From NCBI GenBank assembly GCA_020536535.1, contig JAHLWZ010000276.1, forward strand, positions 1-64,000: DNA of 64,000 bases. Direction: 5' to 3'. A program made the position numbers and the translations under genes. Shown in pieces: positions 32,201-45,543 of this stretch (position 1 is the stretch's first letter; each line of letters begins with the position of its first letter). The DNA comes from Pelomyxa schiedti. Taxonomy: Eukaryota; Protista; Evosea. The notes beneath the pieces are model-generated. The model searched no databases and had not been told where the DNA came from. It saw only the letters and a program-made list of their open reading frames with translations.

Positions 32201-35041
32201 ACCACGTAGAAGGCACGTTTCCATGGCTGTTACCCCTACAACTCCCACTGTTCCAGTCGAGGCAATTCGTGCTCCCCTATCTTCCCGACCTCCCCCTGAA
32301 AACCAACAGGGTGATGAGGAACCGGGTCATCATCACCACAAGCACGAACACCATAGCAAGCCAGGACACCACACACCTGAGACCCCCCGATCCAGTTCTA
32401 AATCAAAACATGCTCGCAAACGTAGTAGTACTTGTGAAGTACCTCCACTCTCAGCAAGACAACCTGGCATGGCACTCCCCCTCTCAGCAAGGCAACCGAC
32501 TGCAAACAGAACTCCACCTCTAGCAATAGAATCACACGAAACGATCTCGGAGACCTCAGACCCACTACAAGACCCTGAGCCGATAATGGAAAAGGCAACG
32601 CGAGTTCCCGCCGATGCATCAGCAGTGGTGGAGCACATGGTTTGATTTACCTTCTTCACTTACAAACGAATTTAATTGTCTCCTCCCCAAAACAATGGCA
32701 GTCGGAATCGCAGTTAGCACAACAACTGAACAAGATGAGGGAATATTTGGTTGACGTTGGGAGAGAAAGAGCACCATCTTATCCTTCCATACAAATAAAG
32801 GTATCACAAAAACTAGCTATTTGAAGTAACTGATTTCTAGCCCCATCTCGTTCTTTCATTGGAACCCGCCATGGTAAAATCTGTTCCCTGCTCTCGTATA
32901 TGGTCTCTAATGCTTGTCAAAGGGGTTGTATGGGTGTGTAATATGTTGATTTTTTATCCCAGGAAATAACTGTCAATCAAAAGGTTGGCGGTAGTGAGGG
33001 GACAGTCTTACTCTGGGAGGCAGAAACCTTCAACCAATTCAGTGTTGTACAGCTACATGATACTAGGGTTTACTGCATGCTCTTAGTTGGTGACAGTGTT
33101 TATGTTAGCTCTGAGGAAGGGTATATTTTTGTAGTGAACGCTCAAGTATAATTCACTCCTTCTCTTTACATTCTGGTAATTCTTCTGTGCAGAGTTTAGC
33201 CTTCCACAAAGTTCGAGTTCATGACAAAGCACACCCAATAATTAAATGTATGCATCCAGTCACTAGTTCCCCAACTGGAGCCAACACCGGCGACCTGGCG
33301 GGCCTCGGAGCTGGAGGAGTAGACCCACATGTTTGGAGTTTTGGATGTGGGGCTGATGGGACACAGATCGCCATTCTTTATGTTGTCTCTTACCCCTTCT
33401 TAAAAAACTGATTTTTCAACTTCAGAAATCAAAAGTACATGGCCAGTCTACATTCCGGGTGCATGGTCAATTCACTATACCACATCAAGCGAATTCAGTG
33501 TGTGTCCTAGATAATACTGTTTGGATGGGCTGCTACGGCAATTTGGTGTACATTCCGAATGCTACCAATTTCAATTCTACTGGAAGTGGTGTAGTTGAGA
33601 TCAAAACTAGCGACTTGCACATGAAGGAAATTACTCTCCCCCGGAGAAGGAAAGTGGGTTCCATTATCGCCGTGGGGGTCCACATTCTTGCTGCTTGTGG
33701 AAACACAATATTTATATGCCAAAAGGAGGGAATAGTATGTCCTCCAACTACCTGTAAACTTCTCATTTTTCAAAGATAAACCAAATTCAGCAAGAATCGG
33801 AGATAGAACGCCTGTGTTTATTCCAAAATCTTATCCTCTCAAGCCACTTCAATGGGAATATTGTCTGTTATGATCCTATTTGCAACTACCGGCAAGTCAG
33901 AGTTCTTAGATTTCCAGATAAACCTTTGGGCTCTTCTGCTTGTATAGCCATGAATTCAACTTCATCCTCCACTGCAACTGGAACACCTGCGGAGCCTCAG
34001 CCAGATAAGAAGCACTCAACTGAAGCCAGTGCAACAGGAGTTGGAAGTACTGTCAGTGGTGACTCTGACAATGAAATGGAGAGTGCTAGTGCAAGTGCGA
34101 CTCATGAATCTAATACGGCCGCTCGTGATTCTACTCCTGTTGATCCCAACTTTGGATGTGGAAAACGACTTGCAACAGTGCTAGGCCCTGTTACATATTC
34201 ATCGTGGTTTGGTGAGTGTGGTGTGAAATCACTACTCCCTGTGGTTCTGGAAGACAGTGCCTCATTCTGGGCAGGAAACACCAGCAATCTCCTGTGTGTT
34301 TGGAGACCCAGCCTTCCACCCAGCCTCGTCACTGGGAATGCATCTGGAATCCCGACTAATCCAACATTACGTGCCCTCACCTCTACAGCAACCAACCCCC
34401 TTCTGTTTGCCAATCCTCTCAATCCTTTGTCAGTACCAGCACCTCCGGTCTTCCCAATTTCCAGCACAGGCTTCTCCACAAACCCCCAAACGCCCCGCGC
34501 AATGTCATCCTCTGTACCCGAACACCCGCAACCCTGCACCCCAAGACCTACCTCAGCATCAGCCTCTCCTGTACCCAACATCAAGCACAACAACTTACTA
34601 TTATCCCCACTTAAAGATAACCCCAAAATACTCACAACCACTACCACCACTTCCACAACCACCACAATAACCTCCACAACAACAGTCACAGCCCCCGGCA
34701 ACACAAGCAATTTGGTTCCACCACTGAAATCGCCCAGGCACATGAAATCCCCAACACCGCTTGACACATCACCGAAGCCGGAAACCAACAACACTGATGC
34801 CGGAAGTCCAAAACCCAGCAGCCGGCACCACCATCACAAGCACCGCCACCACAACCGGGGCACAACCAATCACTCCACATCGCCGTCCCCAACCCCTAAT
34901 GATTCACCCAGTACTTCCCCACCGCCACCACAACACCAATCAGATAGCAACAACAACAGCACTGGCACCACACCAACATCCCCTCCACAAATGACTGTAT
35001 CCACTCAAGTACCAGTAACACCACGTGGAGGGAGACGATAG
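29255..35041 (+). CDS. STE/Cdc15-like Ser/Thr kinase with Pro-rich linker and WD40-like region
   Basis: IGRGAQSKVY, VAVKK, IHRDIKAGN, KLADFG, GSPFW.APE, CLQKDPKDRP. Beta-propeller-like exons at 32850-33900. Start codon uncertain. Confidence 0.8.
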
Positions 35042-35338
35042 ACTAAGGACTGTTATTATTAACTGTGAGAGAGGTTTGTACTATGTACGTATGTGAACTG
35101 TTGTATACAACATCAGCACCCTGTGTATCATTCACGTTTGTACCTAACCCCAACAAATAAGAGAAAAAAAACTCTTTGAAACCGTTTTTAAAATTTAAAA
35201 AAAAAGATGTGTGGCAACTTTCCAGAATAAGTTTGAAGTTTGGCAACGTTGTTTTAGTTTATAAACTGGGCATAACAAATACTGTATCTGTCCTCGATTG
35301 TTTCTCCTCTCATCCTGTAGTGTTTTTGTTGTACAGCA

Positions 35339-36108
35339 TCACTCTGCTTTCTTCTGTTTGTTGGTGTTTGTGGGTGGTGTGTTGCTTTGGGTGCTGGTAG
35401 GCTTGGGCTTTGGGTGTTCTATTTCTGTGGATTCAATGTACGCTTTGAAGAACGAGGGTAGTCTCCATATTATAAACATCAAGCAAAGCGTAAGTCCGGT
35501 CAGGTACTGTCATATTAGATAGTAAGAAATTAATAATTTGTAATGTGGGGTTACAAACCATATTGCGTTGTGCCCGGAACAACCTGGGAAAGGAGGAAAA
35601 AGTTAGTGACACAACACAGAGAAAAGTTCAAACACAATATCACGCTTAGACACTTATGAAGTGCCAAGAAGAATGTAAGACATACAGACTGTAATCGGCA
35701 GGTAGAACATGGTCACTTGTTGATATCTTCACGCGGTGGTGTTGGTACTCAGTGACACTAGTGTAACACAGTATCCCAATGCCAGTAGCAACCATGGCCA
35801 TCGGAACCCTGCCAAAAAATGTGAGCAGAACATACAAGCGTAAGAGAATAATTTTATAATAAATAATGTTATACATAAGGGGTAAATGCAATTAATTGGT
35901 CGCATCGGCAAATGATCAATTCGCAACAACACGCAACAGGCAACTACCGACAAATTGAGGCGGGGGAAAAAAAAACCAACCTGGCGTAGGAAGGGAACGT
36001 CGACATAGCACGAAAAATAGATCGAGGCCACGGCAGCAGCGCTCCCATAACTGCGAGAGCGCAACCCGACATGGTCCAGAAAACGATCCCCCAAACCGTC
36101 ATCCCCAT
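35339..36108 (-). CDS. BAP31/BAP29 (Yet)-like ER membrane protein
   Basis: Spliced product MGMTVWGIVFW..LLPWP..LFRAQRNM|YLTG..IIWRL..KKAE* has three TM segments, the family RAQRN motif and a KKxx end. Confidence 0.75.
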
Positions 36109-36379
36109 TGCCACTAGTACCGCTGTTTCTGCTTCTGATCTTTAGCAGAAACTTGGGAGGGCCCTCCAATCAACTTTTTGCCATGCCCTCCACCAACTGT
36201 TTGCCGGAAATACAATTAGCTCTACACGAGAGGTTTTGCCCTGAGAAGAAGCATCTCCTGAGGTTGTTCATAGATTCAGTTGCTCCAGGTGAATTCTGTT
36301 TCTTGTTCTAAGCGCAATCATCGTGCGAGGCATCGTTACCCGGCGACCAGAGGATCTCCGCGTTTATTATTACGAACAA

Positions 36380-37822
36380 ATGAGGCCGTTGTTACTTAAG
36401 GCGCACACGCGTCCAATAACGCACATCGAGTTCAACAAAGAGGGCGATCTGCTGTGGTCAACATCAAAAGACAACTCTCCTGTGGTACTTATGCGTGTTC
36501 TAATGTTTTTTTCTCCCCTTGTTGTTGTTTTGCTTTGTATTTGTTCCTAACGACGATGAAATGAGTAGCTGTGGAGGGTGGAAAATGGTGAGAGGATTGG
36601 TACTTATGATGGGCACACTGGTTCCGTTTGGTTTTGCTCTGTTTCGGCAAACTCAAGATTACTTCTCACTGCAAGTGCCGACCATACTGTTAAACTGTGG
36701 GACGCCAGGAGAGGTAATGCTTTACCATTTTGCGGTTGTCATTTCACACGTCCAGGTGCGGAACTAACTACCTTTCCCCACCCAAACCCCGTTCGTTGTG
36801 TTCAATTCAGTGCTGGTGACAACTTCTACGTTTCGGCAACCGATCAGGTTTGTTCTGATCACATTCTGCTACTCTAATTTACTGGCATTTAGGTGTTCCA
36901 TAAGGCCCCACATATTTTGATTTATAAATTGGCGGCAGACCCGCATGATAATTCTTCTACTCCCGTCATGGATATCCTAGGGCCAAACCCTGAGATGAAA
37001 ATCAACAACGTTGCCTGGGGTCCGCTCAATAGGTTTTTCTTCTCGTATTATTGTTCTATTATGTTGACAAAGTGAAAGGACATTATATTGTTGCAATGAA
37101 GACGCCACCGTAAGAATATATGACACTGAAAGTGGGAAACAAATTGTACTGCCGCTATCCTCGGTCTTTTTGATCTAATTTTTCTGTAGGGGGAACTCAG
37201 GGATCATGCTAAATCCGTCGTGCAGCTTCAATTCGATCAACACCAATTACTCTTTGTGACTGCTTCCAAAGACGGCACAGCCAAGTATTCTGTCAACCAT
37301 CACCTCCATTAACTCTTTCTAGATTGTATGATGTTCGAACAAATAAACTGCTGAAGACTTACGAGACTGGCCGACCTGTCAACGTTGCCACAATATCTCC
37401 TCTTAAAGTATGCATTATGTCCCACAGCCAAACCCTCAATTAGACATCAATAGGATCACGTTCTCCTTGGAGGAGGTCAAGATGCCGGCATAGTCACAAC
37501 CACTTCACATGATACCAAACAGTTCAAAGCAGTACTCTTTGACCTCATTCGTGAAAATGAGATAGGCCGTATCGCCGGCCATTTCGGTCCCATCCACACC
37601 GCTCAGTTCACTCCCGACGGAAAAGGCTACGCCAGTGGCTCGGAGGATGGTTATGTCCGGCTCTACATGTTTGACAAGTCCTACCTTGAAGAAGGTAGAC
37701 CCAAAGCAGCCAAAACCGCGTCAACTACAACCACAACAACCGCATCATCAGAATCCACAAGCACAACAACAACCACCACCAAGACAAAGACCAAGGCCCC
37801 CAAAACCAGCAGCAAATCCTGA
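36380..37822 (+). CDS. EIF3I: Translation initiation factor eIF3 subunit I (WD40)
   Basis: [57 protein letters not shown]. Confidence 0.93.
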
Positions 37823-38062
37823 GAGCGACTCCCTCCCAGTAGTCACCCTCAAATCACTGACACTTACACACAACTATCTAATGTACCACATCTTAGATGG
37901 TGCCTTTGTGTTAAACACTTGATGCTGCTCCCTTTCCCAAAAGTACTCTGGATTTTGGAAAACAAGAAAGAATATTTCCTTTGTCTATTATGCACAACAG
38001 CCTTTTTGTTTTTCACTTTGTTTAGATTAGAATAAACAACCCCTATCACCCTACATTGGTGA

Positions 38063-41000
38063 TTAGGAGGACAAAGCAGCCTTAAGTTCATCCAAGTGTG
38101 TTAGCAGTCCAACAAATACACCAAACACCTTTGGAAAAGTTAGGGGCATTCAATGTAGGGCAGGGAAGACAGTACATGTTGCATATTAAATATGTCCACA
38201 TCAGAACGTGGTCTCAACACATTGGGTGCAAATACGATGGCTAGTGAGAATTGAAATTTAGATGCAGAAAGATGCGGAAGAGAATTGGGAACCTATATTC
38301 TTCTTATCCATTTTGTTGGATGCGGAGAGTTCCGTTACTTGGTGCAGGAATTGAAGGAGGTAGAGCAGAGTAGAGCAGTTAGGTGCCGGAAGCTGTTTCA
38401 AGAGAACCAGCACTTCCGGAACGAATTTCGGCCCATCCACAATGCTATCTTTAGTACGTGTTAAGTAATTCTGTGTTACTGGGTGTTTTGGGTACCAAGT
38501 TCGAGGAAGTCATTGTATAAATCAAAAGAGAATAGCGGATCTACCATGTCCCTGGAAGAACATCAGAAGTGAGAGGAATGTTAATCAGGATACCTGAAGA
38601 AGGCCTTCAGAACGGCACCGCAGGTAAGAGGATCATTGGCACTGGTAAAGGTAAAGTCGGGTGTTGCTAGTAGGATTTGAGTGTGCAAGAAGTTGGAAAA
38701 AATTTTAAAATACATTCTATGTATTGTCTCAGTGCCGCTACTCTTGTAGCGGAACCGGAAAGCCTAAATAAGCCTTCAGTGCTCATAGCTATTTTGTTGT
38801 TGTAAATCATTCAGATAACAAGAGCAGTGGGTGGTCGTACATGGAATTAGGTGTTCAGTTAGTCTGGTAACTATGTTTGGCACACCAGTTCCCGCATTTT
38901 CTCTGGCAATGAGTTCGGCCAAAGGAACACCAAAAACTGTTTTGTGTCAGAGAGAAGGCTGTGTGTTCTAATCTTGCATAATACCTTTATTTTTTCGTGC
39001 CAACTCTTCGAGTATTTTTGAAATCTGTGTGTGAAACCTTTTCTTGTCATCGTCGTTTGCAAATCTCAGAGTGACTCGCTGTTCTGCCTGAATCAGTGTT
39101 ACCTCTATTTTCGCATCTTTGTAACAAATAAGTGAGTTCCCTTTTTTCTGGGGCACACTCTACCATTCGTTTCCAACCGCAGATTTGCCCATGGAAATGC
39201 ATTGGCAGGAATCCATTTGCCAATTTCTTTTTTATTCCGTGAAGCTAGTAAAACAAGATCGGAAAACACAAAGTAATGCCTTACGAATATATGTATCAAA
39301 TTGGAAGAAAAATGCTGCATACCGTGTGGAGGTTTTCTTGGTTTTCTTTTTCACAAGAGCCACACAATCTCCATCAGAGACGATTTGCCTATTTTCATCT
39401 TCGGGGAGCAACTTAAAATAAAATAAATAATCCAACCACTGAAATAGGTAGTACCTTTGACCATCCACCAATTTTTCGCACCACTTCAATTACTGCAGCT
39501 CTGGCAGATAGAGTAAATAACAAGGATATTGGTACATGCAAATAATACCTCCTTCTTCCTTTCAGAACTGATTCATGTACAACTTTGCCCCAGTGGCCTG
39601 TAAAAGTTTACATCAGCTACTATTCTCTGTCAAGTGGGAGAAGATAAAATAACAAGGAAGCGTAATCACCAACAAGAGCTTGAAGCTCTGCAAAACTGGT
39701 GTATGCCGGGCATGTGGAAGGTATTGCATCAACAAACCTCTTGTCAAATGGTGAGGAGCAAAAGAGAAAAACGGTGTAATACTTGGAAGGCCATCTCATA
39801 GTTGGAAAGGTGGTTAAGAGGTGATGTCATTAGGTCATTTAAGCTCAGTCCGTAATAGCTTGTGGCACTAGCTTTTTCCAAAAAAGCAGCAAAACGGGAG
39901 TTTGCCTGAGAAAGGTGCTCTACAGTGCTGTGGCAAGCTTGATAATTTTGCACGTATACACCTGGGATTTGGAACGATAAGGAACGCAGATAAATGGATG
40001 CAATGACAACCATAAACAGAAAATCTTGGAGCAATTTGTGTGAATATCCGAGCAACTCCATCAAACTTTGGGTAGTTTGTATCAAGTAACTGAGCAAAAC
40101 TCAGGGGATAAAATATTTTAAAGGTAGTATTACGTCTTCAATGAGTTTCAAAACTTCTTGATGTAGCATATACAATTGTTGTACTTTCCCAAAAATAAGA
40201 GGCACATCACTTGCAGGTATTACCTTAGATTGGGCTAAGTTGCAAAAAGTTGAGACAGAGGCCTACAGCTTCTCCAGATTTATCTTCTTGCAGAGGAAGC
40301 AGGAAACTCTTGAAAGTTGTTGGATGAAGTCACACTAGGTTGTGGTGGACATACATAAACTATTGCCGCTAGTTTTTGATTATAAGTGCGCTCTGCTTTC
40401 AACAATTCTCGGTATGCTTGTACTCTTGGTAAAGAGTAATCCCTCTCTAGAAGGCAAGTCAAAAATTAGATAAGTAACAAGTAAAAATTGGCACACTTAT
40501 AATTGCATATTGTCTTCGGGCAAGCTTGCCTCGCCAAAGAGCTTGAATTCTCACAATTTGTTTCTTGAGTGTATTAGAAGAGCCCCAACGGAACATATCT
40601 TTACACACCAGAGGAATATTTTTATGTGGCATCTCTCTGACTCGTGATTTGAGTTTATACGCATAGGCTCCAGTAGCATCGGTTAATTGAGCATTACCAT
40701 CGGCAGTGCTGGAGGAAGAGTCATTTAACACAGCTGCGCTTCTAACTTCAGTTGTTGCTGGAGAAGTTACTGGAGCAGTAGCAGTTGTAGTTGTGTTCCC
40801 CCCTATGGCACCCCCAACAATAGAACCAGAGGAGATCAAAGAAAGCCAAGATTCATCAAATGGCTTTTGTTGACTCACTGATACTCCTGGGGAAGGAGAC
40901 TTGTGAGGTACAGGTGGGAGGTGCTTTTCTGGGGCATGGTGACTGGGTTTATCTTGCTGTGATACTTGCGAGGAAGGAGGTTCATCCAAAGAAATTACCG

Positions 41001-43008
41001 GCATTTCCGAACCTGTATTTGGGCATGTTGAACTTTGGGGGTCACTTTCAGGAGACGAAGGTGGTGAAGGCGATGTTGCTGCTGGGGGAGGCAACGGTGG
41101 AGGGCCATCAACAGCCTCCTTGTGACCTGGATCTTTTTGGTCAAATCTTGGGGAAGTCTCAGGTGGTGTAACCGGGCTTGTGTGCTTTTCTGAGAGTGGT
41201 GGTCTAGAAACTTTTGGCGGAGGCAGGGGCTTAGCTGCTCTTTGCGGTGGCGGTGTAGCAGGTGTTGTAGTTGTAGAATCGGTGGATTGTTGTAACTGGT
41301 TGGGGGTGCGTCTGGTTCCTAGCTGAAACTTACTTGCTGCTGGCGAGTTATGGTGCTGCACAGTAACAAATTTGTTACTATCAGTACTTGATGTAGAAGT
41401 AGTGGGAGAATTTGGGGTGCCTGGGGCAGATTGTGGAGTAGCACACTGGTCATTAGTATTACTAGAAGTTGATTCAGCCAACTCAAGGCCATCTTTTTGG
41501 GATGTAGAAAGTGAAGGTTGAGGAGTCTCTGAGTGTTGAGGCTGATTGTTAGCTGTTGACTCTTGAACTGACGAACAGTCATGTTGAGGGGATTCTGAAG
41601 TTATTGCTAGGGGAGAGAGGGGGACTTCATGAGAAGGTTCACTAGTTGGTGGGACTGAAGGGGGTTGATTTGCGTGGGTGGGCAGTATTGGTTGTCCTGT
41701 ACCAGTGGTGGAACTCTTGAGGGTAGGCTTTGGAGGACAAGGTGTTTGCCTTGTTGTCATTGGAGAATACGTTGCCGGTTTTGGGGAGGAGGGAGGTTTA
41801 GGAGTAAAGAGCACAGGTACGGTGATAATGTCAATGGAATGTTCCATTTTTGGGCTCTCGCTCTTTTCTAAGGCTGGTTGCGAGTTAGAACTGGAATCGG
41901 CGCGAGGTGATTCAACGGAATTGACTGGAAGACTCTCTTTAGATGGAGCTGGTTGCGTATGTACCGGTGAAGGTGAAGCGGTATTGGGGTGTACTGAAGG
42001 ATCCTGGTGAGGTGGTACCGATTTTGGTGGAGGTGGTCTTGGAAGAGTGGGAGATGACGATCCTGTGGCAGGGGGAGGAGACTTTGGTCCTGCAGGAAGG
42101 GTTCGAAGAGGAGGGGTTGGAGGAGCAGAGCTTGTTTTTGCGGTGACCGGGTGGACACTAGGGGTTGTCTTGGGTGGTGGCGGCGGTGGTTGTGTTGTTG
42201 CCGGTGCAGTGGTACTAGTACCGCCCGGAAAGTTCGTGGTTTTAGTTACTGGAGCTTGTGGAGATTCAGAATCTGCAGTTTGTGGCTGAGTGCTCTGAGA
42301 TGGTGGAGGAGAAACTGTTCGTCTCTCCGTGGTAGAGCTGTGCTGTTGGTTGTTGTTGCTAGTAACTACAGGGGGAGTACCAGTTACAGGTGCAGCGGAG
42401 GAATCCGTATTTGCCAACGCAGTTGCACATACAGGTGTATTTGGATTTGACTCTGTTCCATTGATGCTGCGGGTTGGTGGTGGTGACATGGAGTGCTGCT
42501 TTTGTGCTGGTTTTGTGGTGATGCCCCCGGTTGAGGAAGGGTTGGAAGACCGCAATGAGGTGTTACTCTGTGAATGAGTAAGAGCTGCAGATGTGGTGGC
42601 AGGAGTGGGTGGTAAGCAGGAGGAAGAGGATAGGGGTGTTGGTAGCCTTCTTGGGTTTGGCAATGGTCTTGGAGTTGCCTATTTTTTTGTTTACATTGAA
42701 TATATTACCATAAAGGTAACCCACCACATTATAATGTCATAGACTTGATAAAAGGCATAGATAAAAATAATAAAACAAAAACAGAGAACAAACAAACGTA
42801 CGTGGAGATTCCCCGGCGACGATGACGTAGGGTTCTGCGAACCACCCCCGCCACCGCCATGCGCCAGCACGCCATTATGGGTTGTAGTTGTCGTTGTAGT
42901 TGCGGTGCTCGTTGCAACCGCGGGCCCTGGTGGTTGTGCACCCATAACTGTGTCGCCTCCCCCGACGCTTGTAGCCCCTCGTGGCGACGGCGACGACGTT
43001 GTGGCCAT
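38063..43008 (-). CDS. Pro-rich - IQ - DH/PH (RhoGEF) - RhoGAP protein
   Basis: IQALWRGKLARR; ELLKAERTY; LNDLMTSPLNHLSNY; FVFSDLVL; GLFRLSG; LKAFFR; NKMDKKN..IVFAPNVLR. Confidence 0.85.
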
Positions 43009-43171
43009 CACTGATTAAGTGGTTAGTGAGTTGATGAGACTCACTGGCGTGCTCTGTGTCTTTTGGCTGTTGTGTGTGGGTGTTACGCGAAAGCTGCCAA
43101 ACAACGATTTTTTTTTCGTTTTTGCAGATTTCTAGAGGCATCCATCGCACACCACAGGTGGAAATTCCAGT

Positions 43172-45496
43172 TCATGAGGCGTTGAATGTTTCCTCTCTTC
43201 CCAACATGGAATCCAACCAAGCTTCAGTTGTGTTGCGCCTGAATGGCACTGTCCTGTTGGAACCTTTGATGTGAGTTGTGAAATACACGTCCAGCTCTGC
43301 GATTGTGAATCCAAACTTGTCCATTATGAATCGGGCAGCTCCCTGAGACGACATCACGAGAGGCATGAAGTGCTGGCGAATGATGTCAATGTCAATGGTC
43401 GGGAACTTGTGCAGGAGCATCTTCCATTGCTCCAGTTGGAAGTCAAAGTACAATTGGAGAGGCAACCAGTGGTCAAACATCTCGACGACCTGCAGTTGTT
43501 GGTTAGTGTAGTGAAAAAACAGTGGGAGGTTACTTGACTTACTTCATTCAGAGTGATTCCAAAGGTGTCAATCAACCACAGTGCACAGTTCGTCCTTGTC
43601 GATTTGACAATCAACCTGTAAAGGAGCCTGTTGTTGTCCCTTTTGATGTGGATGGATTCAAGACCGAACTGTGTGATTGCCCACTTGATAGACTTGCTTG
43701 ATTGAAGTACATATTCTTCTGTGTTCATCAAGCACTTGGCAGCAACATCTTTGGTTAACATTGAGCAGTCAACCAAGGTGACAAACTTCTGGAATTTTGC
43801 AAGGCTCAGGCTCATGAATCTCGACAAGAGCATTTCCAAGAGGTCAGTGTGTCCACCTTGGTTCAGATCACCGGGGAAAGCCTCCAGAAGGTGAATGAGG
43901 GTATCACACTGGAAACTTTTGACTCCCTTCTGTGGCAGTGTGTTCCAGATTGACCTTTTGATAATTTCAGGAGACAAGTGTTGAAAGCACCACTCCGATG
44001 CTTTGGCACCAAATTGAGTCAGACACATTTGAGCCAATTTTTCGGCAGCTGGGGCACATGAATTCACAGATTCCATCACACTGAAATGTGATTCCAACCA
44101 ATTTGCAATTTCAATGTTTCCAGAAAAAAGTGCCTTTTGGAGGGAAAGCTGAAGGTCGCCAGGTTGCAGCTCCACTCTCGTTGAGAGCCACTGTGGAAGA
44201 GCACATTCACCTCCGAGTGTGGAACACGCACACACAAAAGTGGATGCTGTTGGGATGAAATGCTGTTCAGTGACAAGCCACTCAACAAACTTCACATCCC
44301 CAACCACCCTGCACATTTCATTCATGTAAGCACTTGGTGCACCATACGGAACCGCAGAAATCACCCATTTGGCAATTTCGAATGTCTTTATCCTTGGCAG
44401 TAAATACAAAGGGGATTTCTTCAGAGACCCATCCACCATCTTTCAACCATTGACACAATTCAACGGTGCTGTATTTGTTGCTCAAAAGTGGTGACAATAA
44501 GTTGAACCTCTTGAGCTGGAAATTGTCAATGCACCACTTGATGTTGCTGGGTGCATCACCCATTAAAACCTCCTCAGCCAAACTTTTTAAAACGGCAGGA
44601 GTCCACCTCTTGATCAGGTTAAACTCACCCAGCACCCACTTGAGCACCTCAATGTGACCCTTCAGTGCCGCAGCACTGAGGCCTGGCATAAAGATCCACT
44701 TGGCCTCATTCCACCCAATCCCAAAAGCACACACAAACCACTTCACAGTCTCGACACTTCCACTCATCAATGCACTTTGAAGGACGTTGCAATGACCACA
44801 TGATTCCCTGACAAACTCCCTCAGCTCATTCCTCAATTGTTCCACAACATCCACAGTGGACCCACCTCCATCAACAACACCAACAGAACCACAACCAATG
44901 CAACAACAATAATAACTTCCAATTGAATCACAACCCCAACCCCACTGGGGCACCACGCGGCCATCCCACAATGACAAAGGGAACGTGCCCTCTGCGTTGA
45001 TCACACCCTCGCCACCGCCCCCACTCCCAAACATGATCCGCGCCGCTTCCACGTTGCCAGCCTCGCACAGCCCATCGGCAACACACGCGGCCTCCTTGAT
45101 GGTTCGCATCCGATGCACCAACCAGCACTCCCTCCTGCCTCTGCCGCCGCCGCGGCATCCCACAATCGGGGGCCGAGGGCGTGTCCTCGCGATGATCCAG
45201 GCCACGCACGAGGGGCTCCCCGCCACCGCGGCGGCCTTGATCGCCCGGTAGTGCGGCACCGTGTTGGGACACTCGCGGCACCTGCGCAGTTCGCGGGTGC
45301 AGGCGAGCCCAACAAGCGGGAACATCGCCTCGGCAACTCGGAACACATCGACGTTTACGGGGGCCGAGGATGGGGAGGGAGAGGGGGAACCGGGGCTGTA
45401 GTCGAGCCATCCCGGCGCCACCACGTTGTCCCACACAACACGCGACGTCGCCAGAATGCGATCGGTGTTGCGTTGCTTCTCGGTGGTGCCCGTCAT
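43172..45496 (-). pseudogene. Ankyrin-like array copy 1, +1 frameshift at G4 run 44411-44414 (or sequencing error)
   Basis: ORFs 44318-45496 and 43354-44439 are contiguous in the paralogues. Final exon 43172-~43490. Confidence 0.7.
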
Positions 45497-45543
45497 CGAC
45501 CAACGAATTTAATTCGATTGGAGACAAAATTGGATGGATCATT

